A stretch of 45,957 nt of DNA from Bacteroidales bacterium UBA1064. GTDB lineage: Bacteria > Bacteroidota > Bacteroidia > Bacteroidales > Tenuifilaceae. The position numbers were made by a program, and so were the translations under genes. The DNA is taken from assembly GCA_002316235.1 (NCBI GenBank), contig DCDD01000204.1, forward strand, positions 1-45,957, in the 5' to 3' direction. Of this stretch, positions 1 through 9,729 are shown in pieces. Below the pieces are notes generated by a model. The model had not been told where the DNA came from, did no database searches, and worked only from the letters and a program-made list of their open reading frames with translations. Numbering within the stretch: the stretch's first letter is position 1; each line of letters starts with the position of its first letter.

Positions 1-350
1 GTCCGGCTCCTGACGGATTCAACATTTAGCTAGGGGCATTAGCGGCATGGGTAGCACTGACTTAGTCATACCCTATGGTTAGGTTATAAATCGTCTAAAT
101 TTTATCATAATGAATTAAAAACCACAAAATCAATATGTTAATATTTTATAGGTGTAATTAAATGGTTTCGCCGAAATCGTTTTCGGCTAAAAATATTTCT
201 ATAAATCATAATTCTAAAGTATCAGAAAAACAGTATAATAAAGTTTAAATATTAAAAATGACGTACTGTTAAGCATGCTTAAAAAATTCCCTTTTGTTAT
301 AACCGTAGCCATGATGAGGCGGAATTCTGGACAAACGTTTTATCGAGTGT

Positions 351-358
351 TAACTTTG
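351..358 (+). promoter_or_regulatory. candidate Bacteroidota -7 promoter box (TAACTTTG) for the first PUL gene
   Basis: Matches the TAnnTTTG -7 consensus of Bacteroides-type promoters. It lies in an AT-rich spacer 25 nt before ATG 383 and 52 nt before ATG 410. Confidence 0.3.
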
Positions 359-409
359 AGCTAAATCAAGTTAAAGGATATAATGATTTGTAAATTTTTT
401 GCTTCAACT

Positions 410-1825
410 ATGGTTAGAAAAATTTTTTTTATTCCAGCAGGCTTAATACTGTTATTTACCTCTGTTGTTGTTTTAAATTCATGCGCTGGTAAATCAACTC
501 AAGGGGAAGATCTTTCTTTTGCTGAGCTAAGTCCTGCTCAAAGGGATGAATTTATTAATGACTTAAAAAGTAGGACATTTCGCTACTTTTGGGAGGTGGT
601 TGACACGAATACCTGGCAAAATGACGACCGCTTTCCAACCTACAATTTTACCAGCATTGCTGCAACGGGTTTTGCCCTTCCCTCTTATATAATAGGTGTA
701 GAAAACAATTTTATTTCCCGTCAGCAAGCTTCGGAACGAGTGCTCAACACCTTGGAGTGGCTTTGGAGTTCAAAGCAGGGAGCTGAGCCCGACGCAACCG
801 GATATAAAGGCTTTTACTACCACTTCCTTTCGTACGGGACCGGCAGGAGATATGATAAGGTTGAGCTTTCGACTATTGATACCGGCTTGCTCCTGGCCGG
901 AATACTTACCTGCCAGACGTACTTCGATGGGGCCGACAAAACCGAAGTTAGAATACGGGAGCTTGCCGATTCCATTTACCTGCGCGTCGACTGGCAATGG
1001 GCTATGAATGGTGCAGCCAACATGTCCATGGGCTGGACTCCCGAGCAAGGATTCATACAGAGCACCTGGAACGGGTATAATGAGGCCATGATTCTACTCA
1101 TCATGGCTATCGGCTCCCCAACCCATCCCATAGACTCCACCGCATGGGACAGCTGGTGCAGCACCTACAAATGGGATAGTTTTTATGGGTATGAGCATGT
1201 GCCCTTTGGGCCACTCTTTGGCCATCAGTACTCCCATCAATTTATCGACTTCAGGGGAATACAGGATAGCTACATGCGTTCAAAGGGAATTGACTACTTC
1301 GAGAACTCGGTAAGGGCTACCCTGAGCAACAGGGCCTACTGCATGGAAAATCCACTCAAATTTGAGGGGTATTCGGCCAACATGTGGGGGCTTACGGCGT
1401 GTGATGGCCCTGCAATGGCCAAAATCAGGGCTAATGGCAGGGTCGTGCAGTTTTACGACTACCGGGCAAGAAGCGCTTGCAGCTACGAGATTATCGACGA
1501 TGGAACAATTGCTCCTACAGCAGCAGGAGGGTCAATCCCATTTGCCCCCGAGGAATGCCTGAGTGCTCTTTATACCATGAAGACTATGCTGGGTAGCAAT
1601 GTTTACCGGGAGTACGGCTTTGTTGATGCGTTTAACCTGACTGTGAAAAATGGCAGCCAGGGTTGGTTCGACAGAGATTACCTGGGAATAGACCAGGGAC
1701 CAATCCTTATTCAGCTGGAAAACTACCAGAGCGGGCTGATTTGGAACCTGATGAAAAAGAACAGGTATATAGTTTCAGGTCTAAAGAAGGCCGGTTTCAG
1801 AAATGGTTGGCTAGAGCAATCGTAA
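410..1825 (+). CDS. GH144-like (DUF3131 / glucoamylase-family) glycoside hydrolase, candidate endo-beta-1,2-glucanase; lipoprotein
   Basis: ORF 383..1825. ATG 410 gives a typical signal peptide, MVRKIFF...VVLNSC, with a lipobox Cys; ATG 383 is the alternative start. The TFRYFW motif and overall (alpha/alpha)6 glucoamylase-like sequence resemble the family founded by the Chitinophaga pinensis endo-beta-1,2-glucanase. It is paralogous to 7723..9714 and sits directly upstream of susC/susD. Confidence 0.7.
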   Translation: MVRKIFFIPAGLILLFTSVVVLNSCAGKSTQGEDLSFAELSPAQRDEFINDLKSRTFRYFWEVVDTNTWQNDDRFPTYNFTSIAATGFALPSYIIGVENNFISRQQASERVLNTLEWLWSSKQGAEPDATGYKGFYYHFLSYGTGRRYDKVELSTIDTGLLLAGILTCQTYFDGADKTEVRIRELADSIYLRVDWQWAMNGAANMSMGWTPEQGFIQSTWNGYNEAMILLIMAIGSPTHPIDSTAWDSWCSTYKWDSFYGYEHVPFGPLFGHQYSHQFIDFRGIQDSYMRSKGIDYFENSVRATLSNRAYCMENPLKFEGYSANMWGLTACDGPAMAKIRANGRVVQFYDYRARSACSYEIIDDGTIAPTAAGGSIPFAPEECLSALYTMKTMLGSNVYREYGFVDAFNLTVKNGSQGWFDRDYLGIDQGPILIQLENYQSGLIWNLMKKNRYIVSGLKKAGFRNGWLEQS

Positions 1826-1856
1826 ACCAAGATATCAAACCTAAACTTTTAAACCT

Positions 1857-4850
1857 ATGCAAATGGAGAGAAAAGTTCATTTTAAGAAGTTTCTGCTGTT
1901 AAACTTACTACTTGTGCTATGCTTGCCCGAAGCATTTGCACAAAAAACAGTGAGCGGAAGGGTTACCGATGCCGAAACTGGCGAAACGCTGCCCGGAGTT
2001 AACATTTTAATTTTGGGTAAAACCAAGGGTACTATTACTAATAATGATGGTTCTTATACCATTAACATGGAAGAGGACGAAAATACTCTGGTATTTTCCT
2101 TTATTGGCTATAGACCTGATACTATTACCGTAACAACTAGTAGAAGGGTTGATGTTCAGCTTAAGGTAGAGGCTTTGTTTATTGAGGATATTGTAGTTGT
2201 AGGTTATGGTGTTCAGCGTAAGAGCGATTTAACGGGTTCTGTTGTAAGTGTTAAATCAGAAGAGTTGACACGTATTCCTACCTCGTCACCCATGCAGGCT
2301 TTGGAAGGAAAAGTCCCTGGGCTTCAAGTTGCCAGTTCCTCAGGTGCCCCTGGTTCAGGGGTGGTTGTCAGGGTGCGTGGCGTAGGTACGTTTAATAACT
2401 CTAACCCAATCTACGTGGTGGATGGCGTTATTCTAGACAACATCGACTACCTGAATACTGCTGATATAGAATCAATGGAAATCCTTAAGGATGCTTCGGC
2501 AACGGCTATTTACGGTTCCAGGGGAGCCAATGGTGTTATCATTGTTACCACAAAGAAATCTAAGCTTGGCACTGATAAAACTACTTTTAACCTCTCCTAT
2601 GAGAATAGCTACCAGAAGTTGATAAATAGAATTGATTTGTTATCTGGTAGGGAATTTGCTACTGTTGTTAATGTAATAAACCCTGGCACGTACAACAACA
2701 TTGATGCTGTTCCGAACACCAACTGGCAGGATATTATTTTTGACGACGGGTTTAGCGCTCCGATTCATAACATCCAGTTTTCGGCTTCTGGCGCAACATC
2801 CAAGATGCAATACTATGTGGGCATTGGCTATTACAATCAGACTGGGATAATCAATAAGTCGAATTTTGAAAGACTAACTGTTAAACTTAACAATACATAC
2901 CAGCTAAACAAGTGGCTAAATATTGGGAATAATGTAACGATTGTTCCCTTTAAACAGCAGAACACCAATGGTAATGTGGTATTTGTTGCTTACCGGGCAT
3001 GGCCTGTTTTAGAACCATACCAGGCAGATGGTTCCTATACTGCACTTCCCGGCACAGGAAATCCACTGGCCGACATTGAATACACCAACAGCTTCAGCAA
3101 TGGGTTGAAGGGAACAGGCAATATTTTTGGAGATGCTACTTTAACTAAAGGACTAGTACTTCGCTCTAGCTTTGGTGTTGATTTGGGCTTTAACCGAAGC
3201 AAATCCTTTTCTCCCACTTATTTTGTATCTCCTCAACAACAGAATTCAGAAAACGATCTATACAAGGGTGAAGGGACTCAGAGCTCTTGGATTTGGGAGA
3301 ACACCTTGAATTACAACCATGATTTCGATAGGCATCACTTCGATGCGTTGGCTGGTTTTACAATGCAGGATGTTACCTCCGAAAATATTGGAATTAGCGG
3401 TATTAATGTTATTAGGGATGCAGAAGATTTTTGGTACATCAACTCCAACAATATCAACCCAAATTCAGTTTACAATGGCATTGATGCCTCCTACTACTTT
3501 TCTATGATTTCATACCTTTTTAGGGTTAACTACTCCTACAATAGCCGATACCTGCTAACTGCCACCTACCGTGTTGACGGTTCCTCAAAGTTTACCAAGG
3601 ATAACCGGTATTCTGGATTCCCTTCGGTAGCATTGGGCTGGAACGTACACAACGAATCATTCTTGAAGAATAGTATGACAATCAATAATTTAAAGCTTAA
3701 AATTAGCTGGGGAAAGATTGGAAATGAGAAGATTTCCTATGATAAGCAGTATTCTCTTGTTGGCTCAGGTTTAGATGCCGTGTTTGGAATTGGTGATTTT
3801 ATTATTCCCGGCCAAACCTATGAGACAACTGGAAATCCAAATCTCGTTTGGGAGACAACCAGCCAATCCAACATAGGAATAGAATTAGGACTTTGGGACA
3901 ACAAGCTAACTGCTGAGTTGGATTACTTTAGTAAAACCACCAGTGATATTCTGATAGCCCTGGAGATCCCCGGCTATATAGGAAACGGAAGTGGATCAAC
4001 AATAACAAGGAATGCTGCTGAGGTTCTCAATTCCGGATTCGAGTTTAACATTCGTTGGAACGACCACATAGGGGAATTCAGGTACTCTGTTGGTTTGATG
4101 GGAAATACCCTGCATAATGAGGTTAAAAAGATTAGTGGTTCGGGAGCTACTGACGATTACCTGCTTGGTGGTGACGGGTTCACCAGATCCGTTGTGGGTA
4201 AGCCTGTTGGGGCCTTTTACGGCTACAAGGTTGATGGCATATTCCAGAACCAGGCTGAACTGGATGCCTACCCCCACAGAAGTAACGCCGGAATAGGCGA
4301 TTTACGATTTGTAAACACCAATGGCGATAATGTTCTGACCGATGCCGATCGAACCTACCTGGGATCTCCCATTCCAACCCTGTTAATGGGGCTAAACTTA
4401 AATGCCTCCTATAAAAATTTCAACCTGAGCATTGATGTTCAGTCTCAGTTTGGTAGTAAAATATACAACGTTAAAGAAACCGTACGTCCCGACCTTTACA
4501 ACTTTGAAAAGCACGTTAAGGACTTTTGGAGAGGTGAGGGGACCAGCAACTCTGAACCTCGTCCTACTTCGGGTGGATATAACTTCCTGCCGTCCGAACG
4601 CTTTGTACAGGATGGTTCATTTATAAGGCTTAGAAATGTTTCAGTGGGATATTCCATACCCAAGAAGTTTACTGATTCGATAAACGCGGGTAATATTTAC
4701 GTATATCTAAGTGGCACTAACCTGCTTACTTTCACAAAATATACCGGATATACACCGGAGATACTTGGGGGACCTATTGATAACGCTTTGGACTATGGGA
4801 CATATCCTGTTTCGTCAATCTTTTCTGCCGGTATTAGAGTAACCTTTTAA
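1857..4850 (+). CDS. SusC/RagA-family TonB-dependent outer-membrane transporter
   Basis: 997 aa with a signal peptide. It has an N-terminal carboxypeptidase-regulatory-like domain (VSGRVTDAETGETLPGVNI), a TonB-box/plug region (DIVVVGYG, SPMQALEGKVPG, ILKDASATAIYGSRGANGVI) and a C-terminal aromatic residue (RVTF). A SusD gene follows 3 nt later. Confidence 0.95.
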   Translation: MQMERKVHFKKFLLLNLLLVLCLPEAFAQKTVSGRVTDAETGETLPGVNILILGKTKGTITNNDGSYTINMEEDENTLVFSFIGYRPDTITVTTSRRVDVQLKVEALFIEDIVVVGYGVQRKSDLTGSVVSVKSEELTRIPTSSPMQALEGKVPGLQVASSSGAPGSGVVVRVRGVGTFNNSNPIYVVDGVILDNIDYLNTADIESMEILKDASATAIYGSRGANGVIIVTTKKSKLGTDKTTFNLSYENSYQKLINRIDLLSGREFATVVNVINPGTYNNIDAVPNTNWQDIIFDDGFSAPIHNIQFSASGATSKMQYYVGIGYYNQTGIINKSNFERLTVKLNNTYQLNKWLNIGNNVTIVPFKQQNTNGNVVFVAYRAWPVLEPYQADGSYTALPGTGNPLADIEYTNSFSNGLKGTGNIFGDATLTKGLVLRSSFGVDLGFNRSKSFSPTYFVSPQQQNSENDLYKGEGTQSSWIWENTLNYNHDFDRHHFDALAGFTMQDVTSENIGISGINVIRDAEDFWYINSNNINPNSVYNGIDASYYFSMISYLFRVNYSYNSRYLLTATYRVDGSSKFTKDNRYSGFPSVALGWNVHNESFLKNSMTINNLKLKISWGKIGNEKISYDKQYSLVGSGLDAVFGIGDFIIPGQTYETTGNPNLVWETTSQSNIGIELGLWDNKLTAELDYFSKTTSDILIALEIPGYIGNGSGSTITRNAAEVLNSGFEFNIRWNDHIGEFRYSVGLMGNTLHNEVKKISGSGATDDYLLGGDGFTRSVVGKPVGAFYGYKVDGIFQNQAELDAYPHRSNAGIGDLRFVNTNGDNVLTDADRTYLGSPIPTLLMGLNLNASYKNFNLSIDVQSQFGSKIYNVKETVRPDLYNFEKHVKDFWRGEGTSNSEPRPTSGGYNFLPSERFVQDGSFIRLRNVSVGYSIPKKFTDSINAGNIYVYLSGTNLLTFTKYTGYTPEILGGPIDNALDYGTYPVSSIFSAGIRVTF

Positions 4851-4862
4851 ATTGTGCAAGCC

Positions 4863-6356
4863 ATGAAAACACTAGCATACCTAACAAAAATTGCAGCTGC
4901 TATCAGTTTAACCATTCTATTTGCTTCATGCGAAGACTTTTTGGATAAACCACCCCAGGGGGCTTTAACCCAAAGTAACTTTCCAAAATCTGCTAACGAT
5001 GCATTGCTTGCTACTAATGCTGTTTACAACACCCTCCGTAATTCTAACTACAACGAAGGTTTATTTCCAATCCTTGATATCATGTCCGATGATGCCCGTA
5101 AGGGAAGTAATCCCGATGACCAAGCTGCCTCTATAGGCCTTTTTGAAATTTTTGGGCATACTGAAACCGAATGGGTTATTGGTAGTTGGTGGAATACGCT
5201 CTACCTTGGTGTGAAGCGGGCAAATGTTGTTACTGAAAAACTACCCGAAATTGAAATGGATGAAACCTTGAAACAGAGGTATATTGGAGAGGCAAAGTTT
5301 CTACGGGCGCTCTTCTACTTTGACCTCGTTAGGGCATGGGGAGATGTTCCGCTCTACACCACCACTCAACCCGACATGAGCATGGGAAGATCACCTGCAG
5401 CGGATGTTTATAATCAGATTTTAGCTGATCTTGCCGATGCCATTAGTGTTCTTCCTGAAAAAAGCGAGTATAGTGGAAATGATATCGGCAGGGCAACCAA
5501 AGGAGCAGCTAAGGCCTTGCTGGCAAAGGTTTATCTATTCCTTCATGACTATGAAAATGCTGAAAAATACGCCCTGGAAGTAATCAACTCGCATCAATAC
5601 GACCTTGAACCACTATTTAGCGATGCCTTTAGCACCCTTAATGAACATGGAATAGAGTCAGTTTTTGAGGTTGGCGCCGTTGGTCAGGAGGGAATTGAGA
5701 ATGGCGGCAACCAGTACGCCAATGTTCAGGGCGTTAGGGGAACTCCAAACAGGGGCTGGGGGTTTAACCGCCCATCCCTTGACCTCATCAACTCCTTTGA
5801 AGCAAATGATCCCAGAAAGGATGCAACGGTTATTTTTCTAGGCGAGGTTCTGGACGGTGTTACAATTCTGGGCGATGGAAAAACACCTGATGAAACCTAC
5901 GATAGTCAGGGAAATCTGATTGAGATTGAATGTTACAACCAGAAGGTTTGGACACCTGGTAAGACTGTACCACCATCGTTTGGTCATAACAGAAGAATTA
6001 TTCGCTTTGCCGATGTACTGTTAATTGCCGCCGAGGCTCTGAATGAGAATAACAAATCCGATATCGCTCTTCCCTACCTTAACAGGGTTAGGCAAAGGGC
6101 AAGACAGGGCAACGATGCCATCCTTCCCGATATAACCATTACCGATAAGGATCAACTTCGCGACATAATTCTCAACGAGCGAAGGCATGAGTTAGCGCTA
6201 GAAAGCCAGCGGTTTTGGGATTTGGTGCGAACAGGGAAAGCCACACAGGTGCTTGGTCCTCTTGGTTATATTACTGGTAAACATGAGTTGCTCCCCATTC
6301 CTCAGGCTGAACTCGACCTAACCGGTAACAAATGGCCTCAAAATCCACTATGGTAA
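4863..6356 (+). CDS. SusD/RagB-family nutrient-binding outer-membrane lipoprotein
   Basis: The ORF track starts at GTG 4854, but ATG 4863 gives MKTLAYL...LFASCEDFLDKPP, the classic SusD N-terminus and lipobox. TPR-like SusD motifs are present (RALFYFDLVRAWGDVPL, RHELALESQRFWDLVR). Confidence 0.93.
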   Translation: MKTLAYLTKIAAAISLTILFASCEDFLDKPPQGALTQSNFPKSANDALLATNAVYNTLRNSNYNEGLFPILDIMSDDARKGSNPDDQAASIGLFEIFGHTETEWVIGSWWNTLYLGVKRANVVTEKLPEIEMDETLKQRYIGEAKFLRALFYFDLVRAWGDVPLYTTTQPDMSMGRSPAADVYNQILADLADAISVLPEKSEYSGNDIGRATKGAAKALLAKVYLFLHDYENAEKYALEVINSHQYDLEPLFSDAFSTLNEHGIESVFEVGAVGQEGIENGGNQYANVQGVRGTPNRGWGFNRPSLDLINSFEANDPRKDATVIFLGEVLDGVTILGDGKTPDETYDSQGNLIEIECYNQKVWTPGKTVPPSFGHNRRIIRFADVLLIAAEALNENNKSDIALPYLNRVRQRARQGNDAILPDITITDKDQLRDIILNERRHELALESQRFWDLVRTGKATQVLGPLGYITGKHELLPIPQAELDLTGNKWPQNPLW

Positions 6357-6420
6357 CTTCTAAATTTAAACATATATAGTGTCAGTTTACATTCATTTAT
6401 TAACCTAAATTAATTTAGCT

Positions 6421-7659
6421 ATGAGAAAGTGTGCAAAATCAATCTTGATGATTATGTCGGTTGTTGCCCTTGGATTTTTTACCGCGTGCAACAATGACGA
6501 CGAAGAGGTGGCTTTTGAACTGAAGTCGCTGATGGCAGGCTCTGTCGACCTTAATGGTGCAACTGGAGCAGTAAATGTTCCCAAGGATGCTGTTATTACA
6601 GCAACCTTTTCAAAGGATGTTGATCCCCAAACCCTGAACATCACTCTTAAGCAAACGTATGACAATGCTGAGTTTGATGTTACTGTAAATGTTAACGCTA
6701 AGGTTGTAACCATTACACCCGCTGCTTTAGGCGAAGGAACAGGTTACACCATTTACTTCAACACGGTTAAGTCAACCAAGGGTGATGTGCTCCCCACTTT
6801 CAACCGATCCTTTACTGTTGCAGGTTCATTTGTTCCCACAGGCCAAATTGCCTACTGGAACTTTGAAAACAACGCCAATGACCAGGTTGGAACATGGAAT
6901 CCTTCTGCAAATGGTGTAGTTGACGTTACTTACAACGATTCCAGGAAAACTGCAGCAGGGAAAGCCGCTACCTTTAATGGTACCACCAGTATCATTGAAA
7001 TTCCCAATGCTGACGCGCTGATTAACACCCATGACTTTACCATTAGCTTCTGGGTTAAAACCAACTCAACAGGAATTACACATGGCCACTTTGTAATGGG
7101 CCTTGGCGCTTTCTATGGCATCCAGTTTGAAATTTTTGGCGGGTACGATGGCGCCAAATTTGCCATTAGCTACAATATTGCCGATACAGCTACAGCAGCT
7201 GAGGATATGTGGTTCCCCGCCAACGCCCAGGATAATACCAATGGTGGCTGGCAGGGATGCACGTATGCAAAGGTTATCACTCCTGAGAATATGCAACTTT
7301 TGCTGAAAGACGCCTGGCTTCAGGTTGTTTACACCTATAATAGCACAGAAAAGGAGGGCATCCTTTACTATAATGGCGAAAAGATGAAAAGTTTCGATTT
7401 CGACCTGTGGCCCGATGGGGATAAAAAGAGAGGCGTTGTGGGTCTGAAGTACGGTGGTAAGGAACCCGATGTTGTAAACGAGTTGGCTTTTGGTTTCATA
7501 CAATCCCGCGCTGGCAGTATGTGGGATGCTGAGCCTTGGGGTGGTTATGATTTCCCTGATGCCAACCACTTTAAGGGTCAGCTGGACGATGTTAGATTCT
7601 TCCACAAGGCATTAACAGCCCAGGAGGTTGACCTGATGTATAAATCAGAAAAACCTTAA
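6421..7659 (+). CDS. lipoprotein with an N-terminal Ig-like domain and a C-terminal LamG (concanavalin-A-like lectin) domain; candidate surface glycan-binding protein
   Basis: Lipobox FFTACNNDD. The Ig-like N-terminal segment resembles the N-terminus of ORF 7723. The C-terminus is typical of Laminin_G_3 domains (GQLDDVRFFHKALTAQEVDLMY). Its position right after susD is the usual slot for an SGBP. Confidence 0.7.
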   Translation: MRKCAKSILMIMSVVALGFFTACNNDDEEVAFELKSLMAGSVDLNGATGAVNVPKDAVITATFSKDVDPQTLNITLKQTYDNAEFDVTVNVNAKVVTITPAALGEGTGYTIYFNTVKSTKGDVLPTFNRSFTVAGSFVPTGQIAYWNFENNANDQVGTWNPSANGVVDVTYNDSRKTAAGKAATFNGTTSIIEIPNADALINTHDFTISFWVKTNSTGITHGHFVMGLGAFYGIQFEIFGGYDGAKFAISYNIADTATAAEDMWFPANAQDNTNGGWQGCTYAKVITPENMQLLLKDAWLQVVYTYNSTEKEGILYYNGEKMKSFDFDLWPDGDKKRGVVGLKYGGKEPDVVNELAFGFIQSRAGSMWDAEPWGGYDFPDANHFKGQLDDVRFFHKALTAQEVDLMYKSEKP

Positions 7660-7670
7660 ACTTTCAAAAT

Positions 7671-7708
7671 CGGAGCAAGCTATTTGGGATGCTTGCTCCG
7701 ATTTTTTT
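7671..7708 (+). terminator. rho-independent terminator or attenuator inside the PUL
   Basis: Perfect 10-bp stem, cggagcaagc (7671-7680) with gcttgctccg (7691-7700), around a 10-nt loop. It is followed by aTTTTTTT (7701-7708). Confidence 0.8.
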
Positions 7709-7722
7709 AATTCCTAGAGTAT

Positions 7723-9714
7723 ATGTTTAAAATTAAACCTTTTCACCTATTTAGTCTATTGCTATCAGCAGTAGTGTCTTTAATATATTCATGTACAAAT
7801 GATAATAATACCAGCTATCTGGAACTCAAGCAGGTAAAAATTGGTGAGCAGGTTATTGATATAGTAAATCCTCAACTTAATACTGGCATCGAAACCGATA
7901 CAGCTATTGAGTTGACATTTAGCGCTAGAGTAGATTCTGTTTCTCTCAGAAAAAATTTAAATCTAAAGCTTTTAGATTCAACAATTGCTTATAGACTTTC
8001 TTATTCCGACGCAGGTAAAACAACTATTAAAGTCATTCCAATAGAAAACATACTGTATAATCATGACTACTATATACTGATATCGAACAGTTTAAGGGGC
8101 ATGAACGGTGAATTATTTATGGGTATTACCATAAAATTTTCAACAAGATGCGCTTCGATAGCTGTAAAATCTATTGACATTGAAGGTAACAGCTATGCTT
8201 TAAACCAGATTATTAGAAACGTCGATTTTAATCCAAGTTTTAAAATATACTTTACAAAACAACTCGATTTATCTAGTATTGGCTCCTCTGAATTCAAAAT
8301 TAATGATGTTGAGGGGAGGGGCTATACCATTACGGTTAATACGATCAACGACAGTCTTATTGAAATACAACCACACCAACCGCTAGAGCATGTTCTAAGA
8401 TACTCTCTTTTCATCCCTTCAACTATTAGGGGGAAATTTAATGAACAGTTTAGCGGGAGTGTTTTTCAGTTTTACACAATGATCGACAGCACTCCAAAAT
8501 ACCCGGTTATTCCCGACGATGACCTGCTTACGCTTATCCAGCAACAAACTTTCCGCTACTTCTGGGATTTTGGCCACCCATCATGTGGAATGGCTAGGGA
8601 AAGGGATAACTCAGGCGATATTGTTACCATTGGTGGTAGCGGATTTGGACTTATGGCCATTCCTGTTGCCATCGAAAGAGGTTTTATTACCCGTTCCGAA
8701 GGTATAGAGCGAATTGCCACTATGGTCAATTTCTTAAAAAATGCCGACAGGTTTCATGGCGCATGGGCACACTGGTACAACGGTGCTACAGGACATGTTG
8801 TTCCTTTTAGCACCTATGATAATGGTGGTGACCTGGTGGAAACATCCTATATGGCACAGGCGCTGCTAACAGTCAGGCAGTATCTTAGCGCTGCCGACCC
8901 TGCTGAAGCTGAGCTTATCAACAATATAAACCTGCTGCTCGATGGAATAGAGTGGAGCTGGTACAACCGCGATAACCTGAACATGCTCTCCTGGCACTGG
9001 TCGCCCAACTATGGGTGGGCTATGAACATGTTTGTGAGGGGATGGAACGAGGCGCTGATAACCTACATCATGGCCGCTACCTCTAGTACATTTCCCATAT
9101 CTGCAGAGGTTTACCATAATGGCTGGGCTGGGAACGGGGCTATAGTTAACGGTAGGTTGTTTTATGGATACACCCTGCCGCTGGGTCATGACTATGGCGG
9201 GCCGCTCTTCTTTGCCCAGTACTCTTTTCTGGGGCTGAATCCGCAAAACTAAAGCGACCAGTACGCCAGCTACTGGACTCAGAACGTTAACCATACGCTC
9301 ATAAACCGTCAGTACTGCATTACAAACCCTAGAGATTACCTGCTCTACAGCCCTGATTGCTGGGGCTTAACCGCCTCGGACGACAACAACGGCTATGGCG
9401 CTCACGAACCATTGAATGATAACGGAACCATCACCCCTACCGCTGCACTGTCGTCAATGCCCTATACTCCCGAGGAATCCATGAGGGTGGCTAGATTTCT
9501 ATACTACACTTTAGGCGACAAGCTATGGGGAGACTACGGTTTTTACGATGCTTTTAACCCCACTGCCGGGTGGTGGGGAAAGTCGTACCTGGCTATAGAT
9601 CAGGGACCGATCATCATCATGATTGAAAATTACCGAACCGGGCTGTGCTGGAACCTGTTTATGTCTGCCCCGGAGGTGGATGGTGCACTCAGCAAGCTTG
9701 GTTTTTCACACTAA
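7723..9714 (+). pseudogene. second GH144-like glycoside hydrolase with N-terminal Ig-like domains, interrupted by one in-frame TAA at 9250-9252
   Basis: ORFs 7723..9252 and 9412..9714 are in the same frame. Translating 9253-9411 in that frame gives SDQYASYWTQNVNHTLINRQYCITNPRDYLLYSPDCWGLTASDDNNGYGAHEPL with no further stops. That stretch aligns with the first paralog (AYCMENPLKFEGYSANMWGLTACDG). The C-terminal piece matches the paralog C-terminus (YGFYDAFNP / YGFVDAFNL, LAIDQGPIIIMIENYRTGL / LGIDQGPILIQLENYQSGL). Lipobox LIYSCTNDN. Confidence 0.75.
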
Positions 9715-9729
9715 AATTGTTTAAAGATC

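Noticed and set aside
6405-6418. Perfect 14-nt palindrome ctaaattaatttag immediately upstream of the LamG gene start.
   Set aside because: It is a very AT-rich short palindrome with negligible stem stability. It is most simply explained by chance in an AT-rich spacer, and no supporting operator-like second site was seen.
9412-9714. 100-aa ORF that could be called a separate small gene.
   Set aside because: It is in frame with 7723..9252. Its 'start' is an internal TTG, and it corresponds to the conserved C-terminus of the GH144-like fold. It is part of the interrupted gene, not an independent CDS.
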